DNA of 64,000 bases from an uncultured Acidobacteriaceae bacterium (GCA_963770055.1 CAVYOC010000007.1:66598-130597); one strand, 5' to 3'; positions 42,716-53,134 are shown, counted from the stretch's first letter. Numbers and translations are program-made. The notes: generated from the sequence alone by a model not told the origin.

Positions 42716-42868
42716 ATATTTCAAGTATAAAGACCTGCCGCTCCGGAAACTCTCGCTAAACAAGGCACTGCCGCCAAATAACGGCCAACGCGCGGAACTT
42801 CTCTCTTCCCACTCCCGTACTTCCCTGGGCCAGAAGCCGTCTCCCATCGCATCCAGAAAGCGCGCCCC

Positions 42869-43286
42869 ATGACACAGTCGGACACCAAACTCATACCGTG
42901 GTCGATTCGCATCATCGTCCTGCTCGGCGCGCTCCTGCTCGCCATTGGAGCCGCTCTCGCCCTCTTCAATCCTGTCATGCTCGTCTCACCCCACGACGAG
43001 ATCAACTCCGCAGTCCACATTTACGCTGGCTATCTCGCAGCCCGCAACGCCGCTCTCGCCATCATGCTCGTCGCACTACTCTTCCTCGGCGCCAGGCAAG
43101 CACTCAGCAACATGATGGTCCTGACCGCTCTCATCCAGCTTCTGGATGCCTGCATGGACATAGCCGAAGCTCGATGGCCCCTCATTCCGGGCGTTCTCCT
43201 CTACGCTGTCCTCTTCCTCGTCGGAGCCGCCCACCTCTCCGGCCATCCCTTTTGGAAATTCAAGTCGTGGATACTCCACTCCATAA
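42869..43286 (+). CDS. Four-TM hypothetical membrane protein (3' end uncertain)
   Basis: First ~138 aa are four hydrophobic helices with YLAARN and IQLLD. The rest of the 251-aa ORF is antisense read-through of the convergent gene, probably via an indel before TAA 43284. Confidence 0.6.
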
Positions 43287-43333
43287 CACCCACGCCCTCT
43301 GCGGCAACACCAGAGCCAGTTCGTCACCGCGGC

Positions 43334-44156
43334 CTACGTCTGTCTCGACGCCGCCAGCTCCACCCTCTGCTTCTCCGTCGCCGCCGTCTCGCCTATGCGA
43401 AGCAGCAGCACCGCCGCAATCCCCAGAGGAAAGTTCTGCGTAAATATCTCCACAATGTGCATAAACCGCTGCATCGGTACCATCCCGTTCGGAACCACCA
43501 GCAGCGCCAGCCCGCCCACCACCCACAGCAAAGTGCCGATCGACAACGCCGCCGGCCACCGCTGCATCCTCAGCGTATAAATCAACGGAAGCACCGCCAG
43601 CGTCATCAAAACTCCGCGTCCTAGCTGAATCACCCACAGCCAGATCCCAAAACTCTCGGCCATCTGCTGCCCCTGCGGATAGTACCGCTTCGTAAAGAGA
43701 AAAAAGGCGATCGATCCGAAGACCAGATAAAGCAACACATATGACAAACCCGCTCGCCACAACCCCTGCCACTGCCTGCATCCCCTTCCTGCAATCCGGG
43801 TTCACCCCCGAATCCTCCGTCAGCTTCAACATCTTCGCCAACACCGCGAGCCATAGCGCGGCAATCAGATACATCACAAACGCCCCCTTCAGATTGCGCC
43901 ACGCCTCCACACTCTGGCCCGGCAGAAACATCGCCGCCTCCGATGCCGTACACACCCCTCCCACCACAAACAGCGACACAAAAATAATCCCAAATTGCGC
44001 CACCCAACTCCTGGGCCCGAACCGCGCCAAGGGCACATAGGCCACCGCCACCAGTACGCCCGACAACCACCACCAGCCAAAGTGCCCCGCGCCAAGCGCC
44101 GCAATCGAAAACGACAACCCGCCCAACAAACAGTAAAGGACTATTCGCAGATTCAT
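43334..44156 (-). CDS. Multi-pass membrane protein coupled to PadR (frameshift near 43745)
   Basis: ORFs 43260-44156 (N-half) and 43334-43762 (C-half) join into one hydrophobic protein; ATGA overlap with PadR. Confidence 0.7.
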
Positions 44157-44708
44157 CGCTCCTTCTTTCTTCGCCTATAGTGCGCGATCGCGTTCTTTGC
44201 CCACTCCAGCCGGGCCTCGTACTCCCCAATCCCACTCTCCAGCGCCAGCCGTCCCGACACCGGCATCCCCGTCGCGTGAAGCCTCCAGGTACTCATGAAG
44301 ACTCGGAATGTACCCGGCCAGCTTCTCTTGAAGCTCCCGCAGAAACTTAACCGAACTCTCCGCGCCGAGTGTTTGATCCATAAACGCAAAGCGCAGCATC
44401 AACTCGGCAACGCGCCGCACCACATCCTCCTCAGTGATCGGCTTCGCCATCCATGCCTTCAGCGAAGCAAGACCCTTCGGAGTAATCCGGAATACCCGCC
44501 GCTGCCGCAGGCCCGTCATCTGCTTCACCTCGCTGCGCACCAGACCCACCTTCTCCAGCCTCCGCAGCGCGGGATAAATGGCACCCGGACTATCGCTGAA
44601 CCCGGCCATAGGAGTCGTCGCAAAAATCTTCTTCACGTCATAGCCGGAAAGTGGCTGCTGACTGATCAACCCTAAAAGCGCATATCCAAGAACCGAAGAG
44701 ATTTCCAT
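44153..44708 (-). CDS. PadR-family transcriptional regulator (frameshift near 44280)
   Basis: ALLGLISQQPLSGYDV, SPGAIYPALRRLE, FRITPKG; C-terminal LALESGIGEYEARLEWA in the shifted frame. Confidence 0.85.
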
Positions 44709-44780
44709 ACGTCGAGTATTATTACGCTACGTACTAATAGTTGGCAAGCACGTCTTTATTGATCGGGGATGTCCACGACA

Positions 44781-44806
44781 GAAAAGCCTCCGGTACGGAG
44801 GCTTAA
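44781..44806 (-). terminator. Rho-independent terminator after the O-methyltransferase
   Basis: AAGCCTCCG-GTA-CGGAGGCTT followed by TTC on the minus strand. Confidence 0.6.
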
Positions 44807-44863
44807 GGGTTCAGCTATTCATAAAGATGCGTTATTCCAAGACCCGCGAAGACTTACAGCGTC

Positions 44864-45898
44864 TCAAGCCAACCAGGCCTCGACCACACTCACCGAAGAA
44901 TCCGTGGGCACCACCCGCTCCAACCGGAAACCAGCCTTCGCCAGCAACGAAACGTACTCCTCCACAGTCCTTTCCTGCCCTCCCGGAATAGCAAGCATCA
45001 CCATATCGAGGAACTTGCTTTCATGCGGCGCATTCCCCGGCGGAATCACCGTTTCGATGATCAGCAACCGGCTCTTCGGACCCATCGCGGCACGGCAGTT
45101 TCCCAGAATCGTCAAACACTGCTCTTCGCTCCAGTCATGAATGATGTGCGACATCATATACACGTCTGCGCCCTTCGGAACGCTCTCGAAAAAGCTTCCT
45201 GACTCGAACCGGATCCGATCGTTCATACCCCGCGACTGAATCATCGTCGCCGCTCCGTCGGCGTTATGCGGAAGATCGAACAGAATTCCCTCGGCCTCTG
45301 AACAACTCTCCAGAATCGTCGTCAGCAGGTTCCCGGTCGCGCCGCCGATATCCGCAATCGTCTTGCAACCGGAGAAGTCATACGCCGCCGCAACAGCCGC
45401 CGTCTCCGGACCGTGAAAGCCGACCATAAGCTCGCTGAACATCGCCCCTTCCTCCGGATGGCTTCCCAACCAATCAAAGATCGGCGCGCCATGTTCTTTC
45501 TCGAAAGCCGTCTTGCCGGTCTCGACCGAATAAAGCAGATTACTGTACGGGCGTCGAAACAGGTCGCCGGTTAGCGACAGAACGGCGTTCCGGACAGAAC
45601 CGGGAACTCCCGCCTGCAGCGGCTCTGCCAAAGGAGTCAGCGAAAATCGCCGCTCACCATCCTCGCTAAACAGTCCCAGGCTGGCAGCGGTTCGCATAAA
45701 ACGATAGAGCGACGGCGCATGAGTCGCCGTCAACCCCGCTAGCTCCTTCGCCGTTCTTGGTCCTTCAGAAAGATGATCCGCCAGCTTCAACTGAGCTGCA
45801 ACGCGAATCATGCTGGGAACCAGATAGCCACGGGCCATCTGAATCAGTTGAGCCTGTGGGGAAACAGCGTCTACCGGCGCACTTACTTGCTCGGACAT
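44864..45898 (-). CDS. SAM-dependent O-methyltransferase (Methyltransf_2 with dimerisation domain)
   Basis: IADIGGATG, LFDLP, GSFF, SHIIHDW, LDMVML, GGQERT. Confidence 0.92.
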   Translation of the reverse strand: MSEQVSAPVDAVSPQAQLIQMARGYLVPSMIRVAAQLKLADHLSEGPRTAKELAGLTATHAPSLYRFMRTAASLGLFSEDGERRFSLTPLAEPLQAGVPGSVRNAVLSLTGDLFRRPYSNLLYSVETGKTAFEKEHGAPIFDWLGSHPEEGAMFSELMVGFHGPETAAVAAAYDFSGCKTIADIGGATGNLLTTILESCSEAEGILFDLPHNADGAATMIQSRGMNDRIRFESGSFFESVPKGADVYMMSHIIHDWSEEQCLTILGNCRAAMGPKSRLLIIETVIPPGNAPHESKFLDMVMLAIPGGQERTVEEYVSLLAKAGFRLERVVPTDSSVSVVEAWLA

Positions 45899-46158
45899 AG
45901 GTGTTGTTCTTCTTTCTCGTTTGGCGTGAGTAACAAATGTACCCGACGATGACCGGGAATTGCGACCGTTATCGCAAACAATGTCAGCCGGTCAATCTTC
46001 GACCACTCCTCGCATAGCGACAATCTCTCGACACCATTGCAAGACTCGAAAGCCTGGACGCCACAACTTGTGGCCGCATCTTCGACTCGTACGCGACCAC
46101 CATGAAGATCCTCGCGAAATAGCTCAGTTATTCTCCACCCCATGTATCATTCGCTCGT

Positions 46159-47550
46159 ATGCTCCCCGCCGACCCGCAGCTGACGGCCAGCCAGGTTCTC
46201 CGAACCTTCCATCACGACGAGTTCTACCTCTTCCTCGGCGCCGCCTTCACCGCCCTCGGACTCGTCTCGATCGCCTTCGCCTTCCTCAGCCGCAAATTCG
46301 ACGCGATGCTCTTCTGGCTCGCTCTCTTTGCCATCCTCTACGGCCAGCGCTTGTGGCTTCAGTCCGGCCTCCTCGCCCTGATGGTTCCACCCTCTCTTTT
46401 TTTCGCGAGCCTGCGCGAATCCTCCAACTACCTCGTCCCGATTCCCGCCTTCTTCTACTTCGAAGCAGCAGGATTTCTCGGACGCTACGGCCGCAAGATC
46501 GCCATCCTCCTCGCCATCCCGTTCCTCTGCCTCTTCGTCGCTACCTTTGTCGTCGGCCCACGTCACGAGTTCGCTCTCACCAATCACCTCCTCGTCATCG
46601 CTACACTGATCGCGCTCATCGTTCAGTCAATCAGGCAGAAAAAATCCGACAAAGACTTCGTCATTATCCGCCGTGGGATCGCTGTCTTTGTCGCTTTTGC
46701 CCTGAGCGACAACATCCTCCAGGCCCTCGGCCACTTCATCTACATCGAGCCCATCGGCTTCGCCGGCTTCCTCGCCACTCTCGGCTATGTCGCAGCCAAA
46801 CGCAGCATCCACCGCGACCAGCAGTTCAGCGAGCTCCAGAAAGAGCTCGAGATCGCCCGCCGCATCCAGACCGATATTCTCCCCGCCGCCTACCCAGCCT
46901 CCGACCACTTCAAAGTCGCCGCTCGCTACGTTCCCATGACCGCCGTCGCCGGAGACTTCTACGACTTCCTCATCACCGGCCAGCAACAAGCCGGCCTATT
47001 GATCGCCGACGTATCGGGCCACGGCATCCCTGCTGCGCTTATCGCCTCGATGGTCAAACTCGCCGCCACCTCGCAGCGAGCCAACGCCGCCAACCCCGCC
47101 GCACTTCTCATCGGAATGAACTCTGTCCTTCACGGCAACACGCAAAATCAGTTCGTCACCGCCGCCTACGTCTATCTCGACGCCGCCTCTTCCACCCTCA
47201 GCTACTCCGCCGCCGCACACCCGCCCATGCTGCTCCTGCGCGCCGGAGAAGTCATTCCCATCGAAGAGAACGGGCTTATGCTCGCAGCCTTCTCCTTCTC
47301 AACTTACGAAACCGCCACTCACCCTATCGAACATGGCGACCGCCTTCTTCTCTACACCGACGGCCTTCTAGAAGCCGCAAACCGTGCTGGCGAAGAGTTC
47401 GGCCCTGACCGTCTCAACCGCTTATTAAAAGACAGCGCGCTTTTCACAGCCGATCAAGCCGCCGATCAAGTCGTCGCCACCCTGCAAAACTGGTCCCACG
47501 CTCAAAACGACGACTTAACCATCCTCATCTGCGACTACGCAAACGGATAA
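46159..47550 (+). CDS. Membrane-bound PP2C/SpoIIE (RsbU-like) phosphatase
   Basis: N-terminal multi-TM sensor; ELEIARRIQ, AGDFYD, IADVSGHG, AAHPP, LYTDG, NDDLT. Confidence 0.92.
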   Translation: MLPADPQLTASQVLRTFHHDEFYLFLGAAFTALGLVSIAFAFLSRKFDAMLFWLALFAILYGQRLWLQSGLLALMVPPSLFFASLRESSNYLVPIPAFFYFEAAGFLGRYGRKIAILLAIPFLCLFVATFVVGPRHEFALTNHLLVIATLIALIVQSIRQKKSDKDFVIIRRGIAVFVAFALSDNILQALGHFIYIEPIGFAGFLATLGYVAAKRSIHRDQQFSELQKELEIARRIQTDILPAAYPASDHFKVAARYVPMTAVAGDFYDFLITGQQQAGLLIADVSGHGIPAALIASMVKLAATSQRANAANPAALLIGMNSVLHGNTQNQFVTAAYVYLDAASSTLSYSAAAHPPMLLLRAGEVIPIEENGLMLAAFSFSTYETATHPIEHGDRLLLYTDGLLEAANRAGEEFGPDRLNRLLKDSALFTADQAADQVVATLQNWSHAQNDDLTILICDYANG

Positions 47551-47599
47551 GTGTCATGTGGTCGATAAACAGAAAGTATTGCGCCAGCTGATGAACCCG

Positions 47600-48026
47600 A
47601 TGACACCAAAATTAACACTCACTGACATGCACGACGCCGAGAAGATCAAGGTGCTCGGCCAAAAGTTGATGAACTTCAACAGAGTCCATTCCGGAGTACC
47701 TCTTAATCATCGCGAGCTGACAATCTACGTAAAACGATCCCGAAACAGACGAGTTGCTCGGAGGCCTCTGGGGCGGCACGGCCTATTCCGCCCTTCATAT
47801 TGAATTGGTTTATCTTCCCGAGGCTCTGAGAGGCGTAGGGTTGGGTCGCCAACTGATGGAACAAGCCGAACGGGAAGCAATTCGTCGTGGCTGTCACACC
47901 ATCTGGCTCGACACCTTCACCTTCCAGGCTCGCGGCTTCTACGAGCGCCTCGGATACTCCGTCTTCGGAACCCTCGAAGACCACCCTCCCGGCCACAGCC
48001 GTTTCTTTCTCAAAAAGAGAATCTAA
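47600..48026 (+). CDS. GNAT-family N-acetyltransferase (frameshift near 47731)
   Basis: LLGGLWG, LRGVGLGRQLM, LDTFTFQARGFYERLGY; N-terminal half in ORF 47558-47803. Confidence 0.85.
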
Positions 48027-48062
48027 GTCACAAGCGAATCTCGTTCAATTTTGGGCAATTAA

Positions 48063-48413
48063 CTATCGAGACTTGGTCGATTTAGGCTTTCGAGAACTGA
48101 CACTTCCTTTACGTCCGACAGCGCTGGTCGGAAGCACTTCTTTTTTCAACGCCTCATGAATTAACATCTTCAAATAAGTCTGGTACTTCAACCCCTTTCG
48201 CTCTGCGCGGAGCCGGGCTTTAGCGATATCCTCCGGATCAAGTCGTATTGTTGTCGTCGGAGTATTTCCTCGTCGCGCAACCGTGCCGCGGCCAAGCTTT
48301 CCTCCAGCGGCTGCCCGCTCGAATTTCTTTGCAAGCTGATCCTTATTCTCAAACCACCAGCGAGCCTCATCGCCTTCCGTCTTTAACTTAGGAATCTTCA
48401 GAGTCTGATCCAT
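48063..48413 (-). CDS. CopG/RHH antitoxin (BrnA-like)
   Basis: IPKLKTEGDEARWW N-terminus and TTIRLDPEDI...KGLKYQTYLKMLIHEAL RHH C-terminus; overlaps the toxin 3' end. Confidence 0.8.
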   Translation of the reverse strand: MDQTLKIPKLKTEGDEARWWFENKDQLAKKFERAAAGGKLGRGTVARRGNTPTTTIRLDPEDIAKARLRAERKGLKYQTYLKMLIHEALKKEVLPTSAVGRKGSVSSRKPKSTKSR

Positions 48414-48687
48414 ATAATTTTCCTTTCTCGACAAAAAACATTGTCTTCATCGCCTTCGGCGCTTCGAATGCCGTCACCACGCGAACCTTTTGAGCCCGCC
48501 AAATAGAAATAACAACGAGAACTCGACCCGCGCTCGTTTCTCCAATCTGTACAAAGCGCTCTTCGCCGTCTTCTGTTTGAAACTCAAGATCGAACGGCTC
48601 ATTTTGAATTACCTGCTCAGCTTCCTTCGGAGCGATCCGATGCGCCGCAACATGAGCCCTGTTAGCATCATCCCAATCAAATACCAT
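48388..48687 (-). CDS. BrnT-family ribonuclease toxin
   Basis: FDWDDANRAH...HRI...EAEQV, GEERF..IG, GRVLVVI, VRVVTA. Confidence 0.85.
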   Translation of the reverse strand: MVFDWDDANRAHVAAHRIAPKEAEQVIQNEPFDLEFQTEDGEERFVQIGETSAGRVLVVISIWRAQKVRVVTAFEAPKAMKTMFFVEKGKLYGSDSEDS

Positions 48688-48768
48688 CGACCTCGGCCCG
48701 TCTGTTCAATCCTCATTGTAATTACAATGTAACTACATGTTCAAGGTATCCCATAATAGGTAACAGCT

Positions 48769-49212
48769 ATGGACATCGACCGCATCCGAACCTATCTCCT
48801 CACCCTCCCGCACGTCGTCGAAACCGAGCAGTTCGGCGGCCTCGTCTTCTGGGTCGGAGACAAAGCCATCGGCGGAAAGATGTTCGCATGGATCAAACTC
48901 GAACAGACTGACAGCAAATTTCGAGTCATGTCCTACATCGCCGGCCGAGAGCGATTCAATGAACTCCTCGAAATCGACGGCATCTTCCCCGCCCCTTACG
49001 TCGCCCGCATCTTCTGGGTAGCCGTCGAGCGATGGAACGTCTTCCGCACCACCGAGTGGGAGCAGGAGCTTCGCGCCGCGCACGAACTCACCTTCCACAA
49101 ACTTCCGCAAAAAACCCGCGCCGTCCTCGCCATGCCTCCAGCCCAGCAAAAACGCCTCCTCGCCGACCGCAAAAAACTCTTCGCCGCCAAAGCCGCCGCG
49201 AAGACTCTCTGA
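48769..49212 (+). CDS. MmcQ/YjbR-family DNA-binding protein
   Basis: LTLPHVVET, VFWVG...GKMFA, PAPYVARIFWV, KLPQKTR. Confidence 0.85.
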   Translation: MDIDRIRTYLLTLPHVVETEQFGGLVFWVGDKAIGGKMFAWIKLEQTDSKFRVMSYIAGRERFNELLEIDGIFPAPYVARIFWVAVERWNVFRTTEWEQELRAAHELTFHKLPQKTRAVLAMPPAQQKRLLADRKKLFAAKAAAKTL

Positions 49213-49319
49213 GGCCGATCCCGGAGAGCCAAAAGGCGGCACAACCGTACAACTAATTGTGTGTTGTCATGTACCGCTTATTTGCATCAAACTCAGGAGA
49301 AGCAGGAACGGAGAACTAA

Positions 49320-49685
49320 TTGAACACAAAATGGTTATTGAGCGTCTTCGCCGCATCGGCCTTAGCAGTACCGGCATTTAGCCAAATCCAGGTCTATCTC
49401 GGGCCCGCACCGCCACCAATCCGCTATGAAGCCAGACCGGTCATGCCTGGAGAGGGCTATACCTGGGTCGAGGGCTACTGGGGAGTTCGGGGCAATCACT
49501 ATGTCTGGGTTCCAGGCGGCTGGCAACGGCCACCCTACGCCGGCGCCTACTGGAGCCACCCCCACTACGACCACTACCAACAAGGCTGGCAGATGCACGA
49601 GGGGCACTGGGATCGCGATGACCACGGCGATCACCACGACCGCGACAATCATCACGACGATCATCACGATCACGATCCTCGCTAA
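49320..49685 (+). CDS. Secreted YXWGXW-repeat protein with His/Asp-rich tail
   Basis: Signal peptide, GPAPPPIRYE, YTWVEGYW, YVWVPGGW, EGHW; TTG start with GGAG RBS. Confidence 0.85.
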   Translation: MNTKWLLSVFAASALAVPAFSQIQVYLGPAPPPIRYEARPVMPGEGYTWVEGYWGVRGNHYVWVPGGWQRPPYAGAYWSHPHYDHYQQGWQMHEGHWDRDDHGDHHDRDNHHDDHHDHDPR

Positions 49686-49710
49686 TCCCGATCTCTCCTG
49701 AAGAGAGCCC

Positions 49711-49757
49711 AGAAAGAGATGGGCCCGGACGATGATGCCGGGCCGATCTCTTTCTCT
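49711..49757. terminator. Bidirectional terminator-like inverted repeat between convergent genes
   Basis: AGAAAGAGATGGGCCCGG...CCGGGCCGATCTCTTTCT. Confidence 0.6.
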
Positions 49758-49768
49758 GAAGTTTCGTC

Positions 49769-50800
49769 TTAATTTATATTCGCTGAGGCCGAATCGAGCT
49801 CACCGGCAAAATAGCTCTCGCGAAAACGAATCCTCGCATCCGGATACTCCGGAACCCGCACCCGAATCCGGTGCATTCCCGGCGACGGTTCGCCATTCGT
49901 CTCCGCATGCGGGGTAAAACTCAACAAATAGTAGTTGTGCACGTGATTCGAGAGCTGATGCAGCCCCGCATCGAAACCCTTCTGCGTCGTGAAGTTGATG
50001 TACTCGCCGCCCGAGAGTGCAGCCAGCTCCTTCGCCGTGTTCTTCCTCAACGCCTGCACCGCCATCAACAGCATTCCAATCGGACCGCTTCCGCCACCAT
50101 ACTTCAGATCGTTCAGCACCTCCGTCTTGCCCGGCCCAAACGCAACCGAATCAACTACGGTATTCGTCCGCCCCAGCGCAGCAACCACAGTGGCAGGCTT
50201 CTTCAGGCTTCCATGGTCGCGCGTCTCGCTGATCAGCAGAATTGCGTGCCGATAGTGATTCTTTCGCGCGTCCAGCAGTCTCGCGGCATAATCCACCGCA
50301 TCCAGAGTCGCTGCATCCGGATCGTCATCGCATGGCTCAAGCTGCCCCAGCGCATTGGCCGTCGACTCCATCTTGTTCGAGAACTTCCCCAGCAGCAGCG
50401 GAGCCGACGCATACGTTACAACAGCAATCTCACGCGGAGCATCGCCGGCAATCTCATCGATCATCGCAATGATCCCATTCAGCTTCGGAAACTCCCAACC
50501 CGCTGAGCGGCTGCACTGGATCACCACCACGAGCGACAGTCCCAGAGAATCCGTATCTTCATCCAGATGCACGGCCTGCGGAACGCCATTGTCTTCCACC
50601 ACGAACTGATTCTGTTTCAGCCCATACAACACGTCCCCATTCTTCATCTGGATCGTCGTAGGCACCAGAACGATATTCGACTGTGTCCGCAGCGTGTAGC
50701 TCTGGTCATCGTTCGCGGACGGCTTTACAGGAGCGGTTGCAGAAGGGTTTTGAGCCGAAGCGACACCGCATAGAAGCAGCACCAGAACGAGAGCCCGCAT
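49769..50800 (-). CDS. VWFA-related acidobacterial secreted protein
   Basis: LRTQSNIVLVP, F.VEDNGVPQ, ATLDAV, ILLISETRDHGS, YLLSFTP, HRIRVRV. Confidence 0.85.
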   Translation of the reverse strand: MRALVLVLLLCGVASAQNPSATAPVKPSANDDQSYTLRTQSNIVLVPTTIQMKNGDVLYGLKQNQFVVEDNGVPQAVHLDEDTDSLGLSLVVVIQCSRSAGWEFPKLNGIIAMIDEIAGDAPREIAVVTYASAPLLLGKFSNKMESTANALGQLEPCDDDPDAATLDAVDYAARLLDARKNHYRHAILLISETRDHGSLKKPATVVAALGRTNTVVDSVAFGPGKTEVLNDLKYGGGSGPIGMLLMAVQALRKNTAKELAALSGGEYINFTTQKGFDAGLHQLSNHVHNYYLLSFTPHAETNGEPSPGMHRIRVRVPEYPDARIRFRESYFAGELDSASANIN

Positions 50801-50877
50801 CCTCCAAGTCTAACCGGACTGCGTTATCCTCCGAAGAGCGGATACATTCGCGGCTAAATCCCCGAAAGACGTCCTTT

Positions 50878-52974
50878 ATGAACCCGACTGCGCCCGAAAC
50901 AACTCTTAGCCTTAGCTACCCCGACGCCCGCAAAGTCGACCACATCGACGATTACTTCGGCACCAGGGTCAGCGACCCCTATCGCTGGATGGAGGACGTC
51001 GACTCCCCCGAGGTCAAAGCCTGGATCGAAGCCGAGAACGAGCTGACGCAGAAATATCTCGCCCAAATTCCCGCCCGCCAGACCATGCACGCCCGCCTGA
51101 TGGAGCTCATCAACTTCGAGCGCTACACCGCGCCCGCTCGCCGGGGGACGCGTTACTTCTACTCGCACAACACCGGACTGCAGAACCAGAACGTCCTCTT
51201 CTGGCAGGAAGGTCTCACCGGGGAACCCAAGGTGCTGCTCGATCCGAACACCTTCTCCGCCGACGGGACTGTCGCCATCAGCGGCGTCAGCATCACCGAC
51301 GATGGTGCACTCGCCGCCTACTCGATCGCCGATGCCGGCAGTGACTGGGTCAAATGGCACGTCCGCGACATCACCACAGGCGAAGACCTGCCCGACCTGG
51401 TCGAGTGGTCGAAGTTCAGCGGAGCCTCCTGGATGAAAGATGGCAGCGGCTTCTTCTACTCCCGCTACGACCAACCCGCCGCTAAAACATCCGACGCCGA
51501 AGCCCTCAAAGCCGCCAACTACTTCCACAAGGTCTACTTCCACAAGCTCGGCACGCCGCAGAGCGAAGACCCGCTTATCTTCGATCGCCCCGATGACGGC
51601 GAGCTCAATGTCGGCGCACAGGTCACCGACGACGGCCGCTATCTCGTCATCCATCAGAGCAAAGGCACAAGCCCCAACAACGAGCTCGCCGTGCGGGATC
51701 TGCATCATCCTTACAAGCCAATCCTGCACCTGATCGACACCGCCGACGCAACCTACGCCCCCATCGACAACGACGGCACCCTCTTCTGGCTCCTCACCAC
51801 GCTCGAAGCACCCAACGGCAAAGTCATCGCCATCGACCTCGACCATCCCGAGCGCGAGAACTGGAAGACCGTCATTCCGGAGAGCACGAACAAGCTCAGC
51901 GACATCTCCATCATCGACAACACCTTCATCGTGAACTATCTCGCCGATGCACAGAGCCTCATCGAACTCCATCAACTCGATGGCACCTTCATCGAGCGCC
52001 TCGAGCTCCCCGCCATCGGCACCGCGGGAGGCTTTGGCGGCCTGCGCGAAGACACGGAAACCTTCTACCAGTTCACCAACTTCACCACACCCGGCGTTAC
52101 TTACCGCCTGGACATGAAGACCCGCAAGTCCACCCTCTACCGTCAGCCGAAGCTGCTCTTTGATCCAACCCTCTTCGTGACGAAGCAGGTCTTCGCCACC
52201 AGCAAGGACGGCACCCGCGTCCCTATGTTCCTCACTCACAAGAAAGGTCTCGCACTCGACGGCACTGCGCCAACCCTCCTCTACGCCTACGGCGGCTTCA
52301 ACATCTCCCTCATGCCCGAGTTCTCCCCTGCCAACGTGATGTGGATGGAGAGGGGCGGCATCTACGCCCAGGCCAGTCTCCGCGGCGGTGGCGAGTACGG
52401 CGAAGCCTGGCACAACGCCGGCACCAGGGTGAGAAAACAAAACGTATTTGACGACTTTATTTCATTAGCAGAATGGCTAATAACTAATAAGTACACATCC
52501 CCAAAGAAGCTCGCCATCGCCGGAGGAAGCAACGGGGGACTGCTCGTCGCCGCCTGCGAGCTCCAGCGGCCAGACCTCTTTGGAGCCGTCGTAGCCCAGG
52601 TCGGCGTCATGGACATGCTCCGCTTTGACCAGTTCACCATCGGCTGGGCATGGAAAGAAGAGTACGGTTCTCCCTCCGAAAACGAGGAGGAATTTGCTGC
52701 AATCTTCAATTACTCCCCGCTCCATAACATCAGGCAGGGCATCAGTTACCCAGCCACTCTCATCACCACCGGCGATCACGACGACCGCGTCTTCCCCGCC
52801 CACAGTTTCAAGTACACCGCCACACTCCAGGCCGCCCAGACCGGCCCCAACCCCACTCTCATCCGCGTCGAAACCCGTGCCGGCCACGGGGCAGGCATGC
52901 CTCTCAGCAAACGCATCGAGGCTACCGTCGATCAGTTCGCCTTCATGGCCCGCGAATTGCACATGACTCAATGA
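50878..52974 (+). CDS. Prolyl oligopeptidase (S9A)
   Basis: DDYFGTRVSDPYRWME, YGGFN, RGGGEYG, GGSNGG (Ser), DHDDRV (Asp), AGHG (His); no signal peptide. Confidence 0.95.
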   Translation: MNPTAPETTLSLSYPDARKVDHIDDYFGTRVSDPYRWMEDVDSPEVKAWIEAENELTQKYLAQIPARQTMHARLMELINFERYTAPARRGTRYFYSHNTGLQNQNVLFWQEGLTGEPKVLLDPNTFSADGTVAISGVSITDDGALAAYSIADAGSDWVKWHVRDITTGEDLPDLVEWSKFSGASWMKDGSGFFYSRYDQPAAKTSDAEALKAANYFHKVYFHKLGTPQSEDPLIFDRPDDGELNVGAQVTDDGRYLVIHQSKGTSPNNELAVRDLHHPYKPILHLIDTADATYAPIDNDGTLFWLLTTLEAPNGKVIAIDLDHPERENWKTVIPESTNKLSDISIIDNTFIVNYLADAQSLIELHQLDGTFIERLELPAIGTAGGFGGLREDTETFYQFTNFTTPGVTYRLDMKTRKSTLYRQPKLLFDPTLFVTKQVFATSKDGTRVPMFLTHKKGLALDGTAPTLLYAYGGFNISLMPEFSPANVMWMERGGIYAQASLRGGGEYGEAWHNAGTRVRKQNVFDDFISLAEWLITNKYTSPKKLAIAGGSNGGLLVAACELQRPDLFGAVVAQVGVMDMLRFDQFTIGWAWKEEYGSPSENEEEFAAIFNYSPLHNIRQGISYPATLITTGDHDDRVFPAHSFKYTATLQAAQTGPNPTLIRVETRAGHGAGMPLSKRIEATVDQFAFMARELHMTQ

Positions 52975-53118
52975 CTATCGGAAAAGACTGAAAAAAGCCT
53001 CTGACCGTTGGAATCTGGGTTCGGGAGATCACATTGCAGCGAATTTAAGGTGACATCGATTCGGTTCTCGCCGATACTGCACCCATCCCACGAGAGTTGT
53101 ACCGGAAGAAGTCATCCT

Positions 53119-53134
53119 TGGCCCGCTGATTGCA
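53119..53134 (+). promoter_or_regulatory. Putative sigma54 promoter
   Basis: TGGCCCGCTGATTGCA versus consensus TGGCACG-N4-TTGCW; correct GG-N10-GC spacing, one mismatch. Confidence 0.55.

Noticed and set aside
1784-47803. About ten apparently broken genes (GH106, SSS, LacI, AsmA, NHL protein, tyrS, two membrane proteins, PadR, GNAT) as pseudogenes or programmed frameshifts
   Set aside because: Breaks are single-base indels, mostly in 2-4 nt homopolymers, with no in-frame stops seen in the rejoined frames. They occur in both island and core DNA, including essential tyrS. Long-read consensus error is the simplest explanation.
39595-52440. Long alternative-frame and antisense ORFs (e.g. 39595-40872, 45960-47408, 50854-52440)
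   Set aside because: Shadows of real genes caused by high GC3 and strand skew; Arg/Pro/His-rich or Val/Gly-rich with no motifs.
50878-52974. Prolyl oligopeptidase as the maturase of the Pro-rich peptides
   Set aside because: It lies 5 kb away beyond trp and tRNA genes, lacks a signal peptide whereas the peptides are Sec-exported, and is a common housekeeping enzyme.
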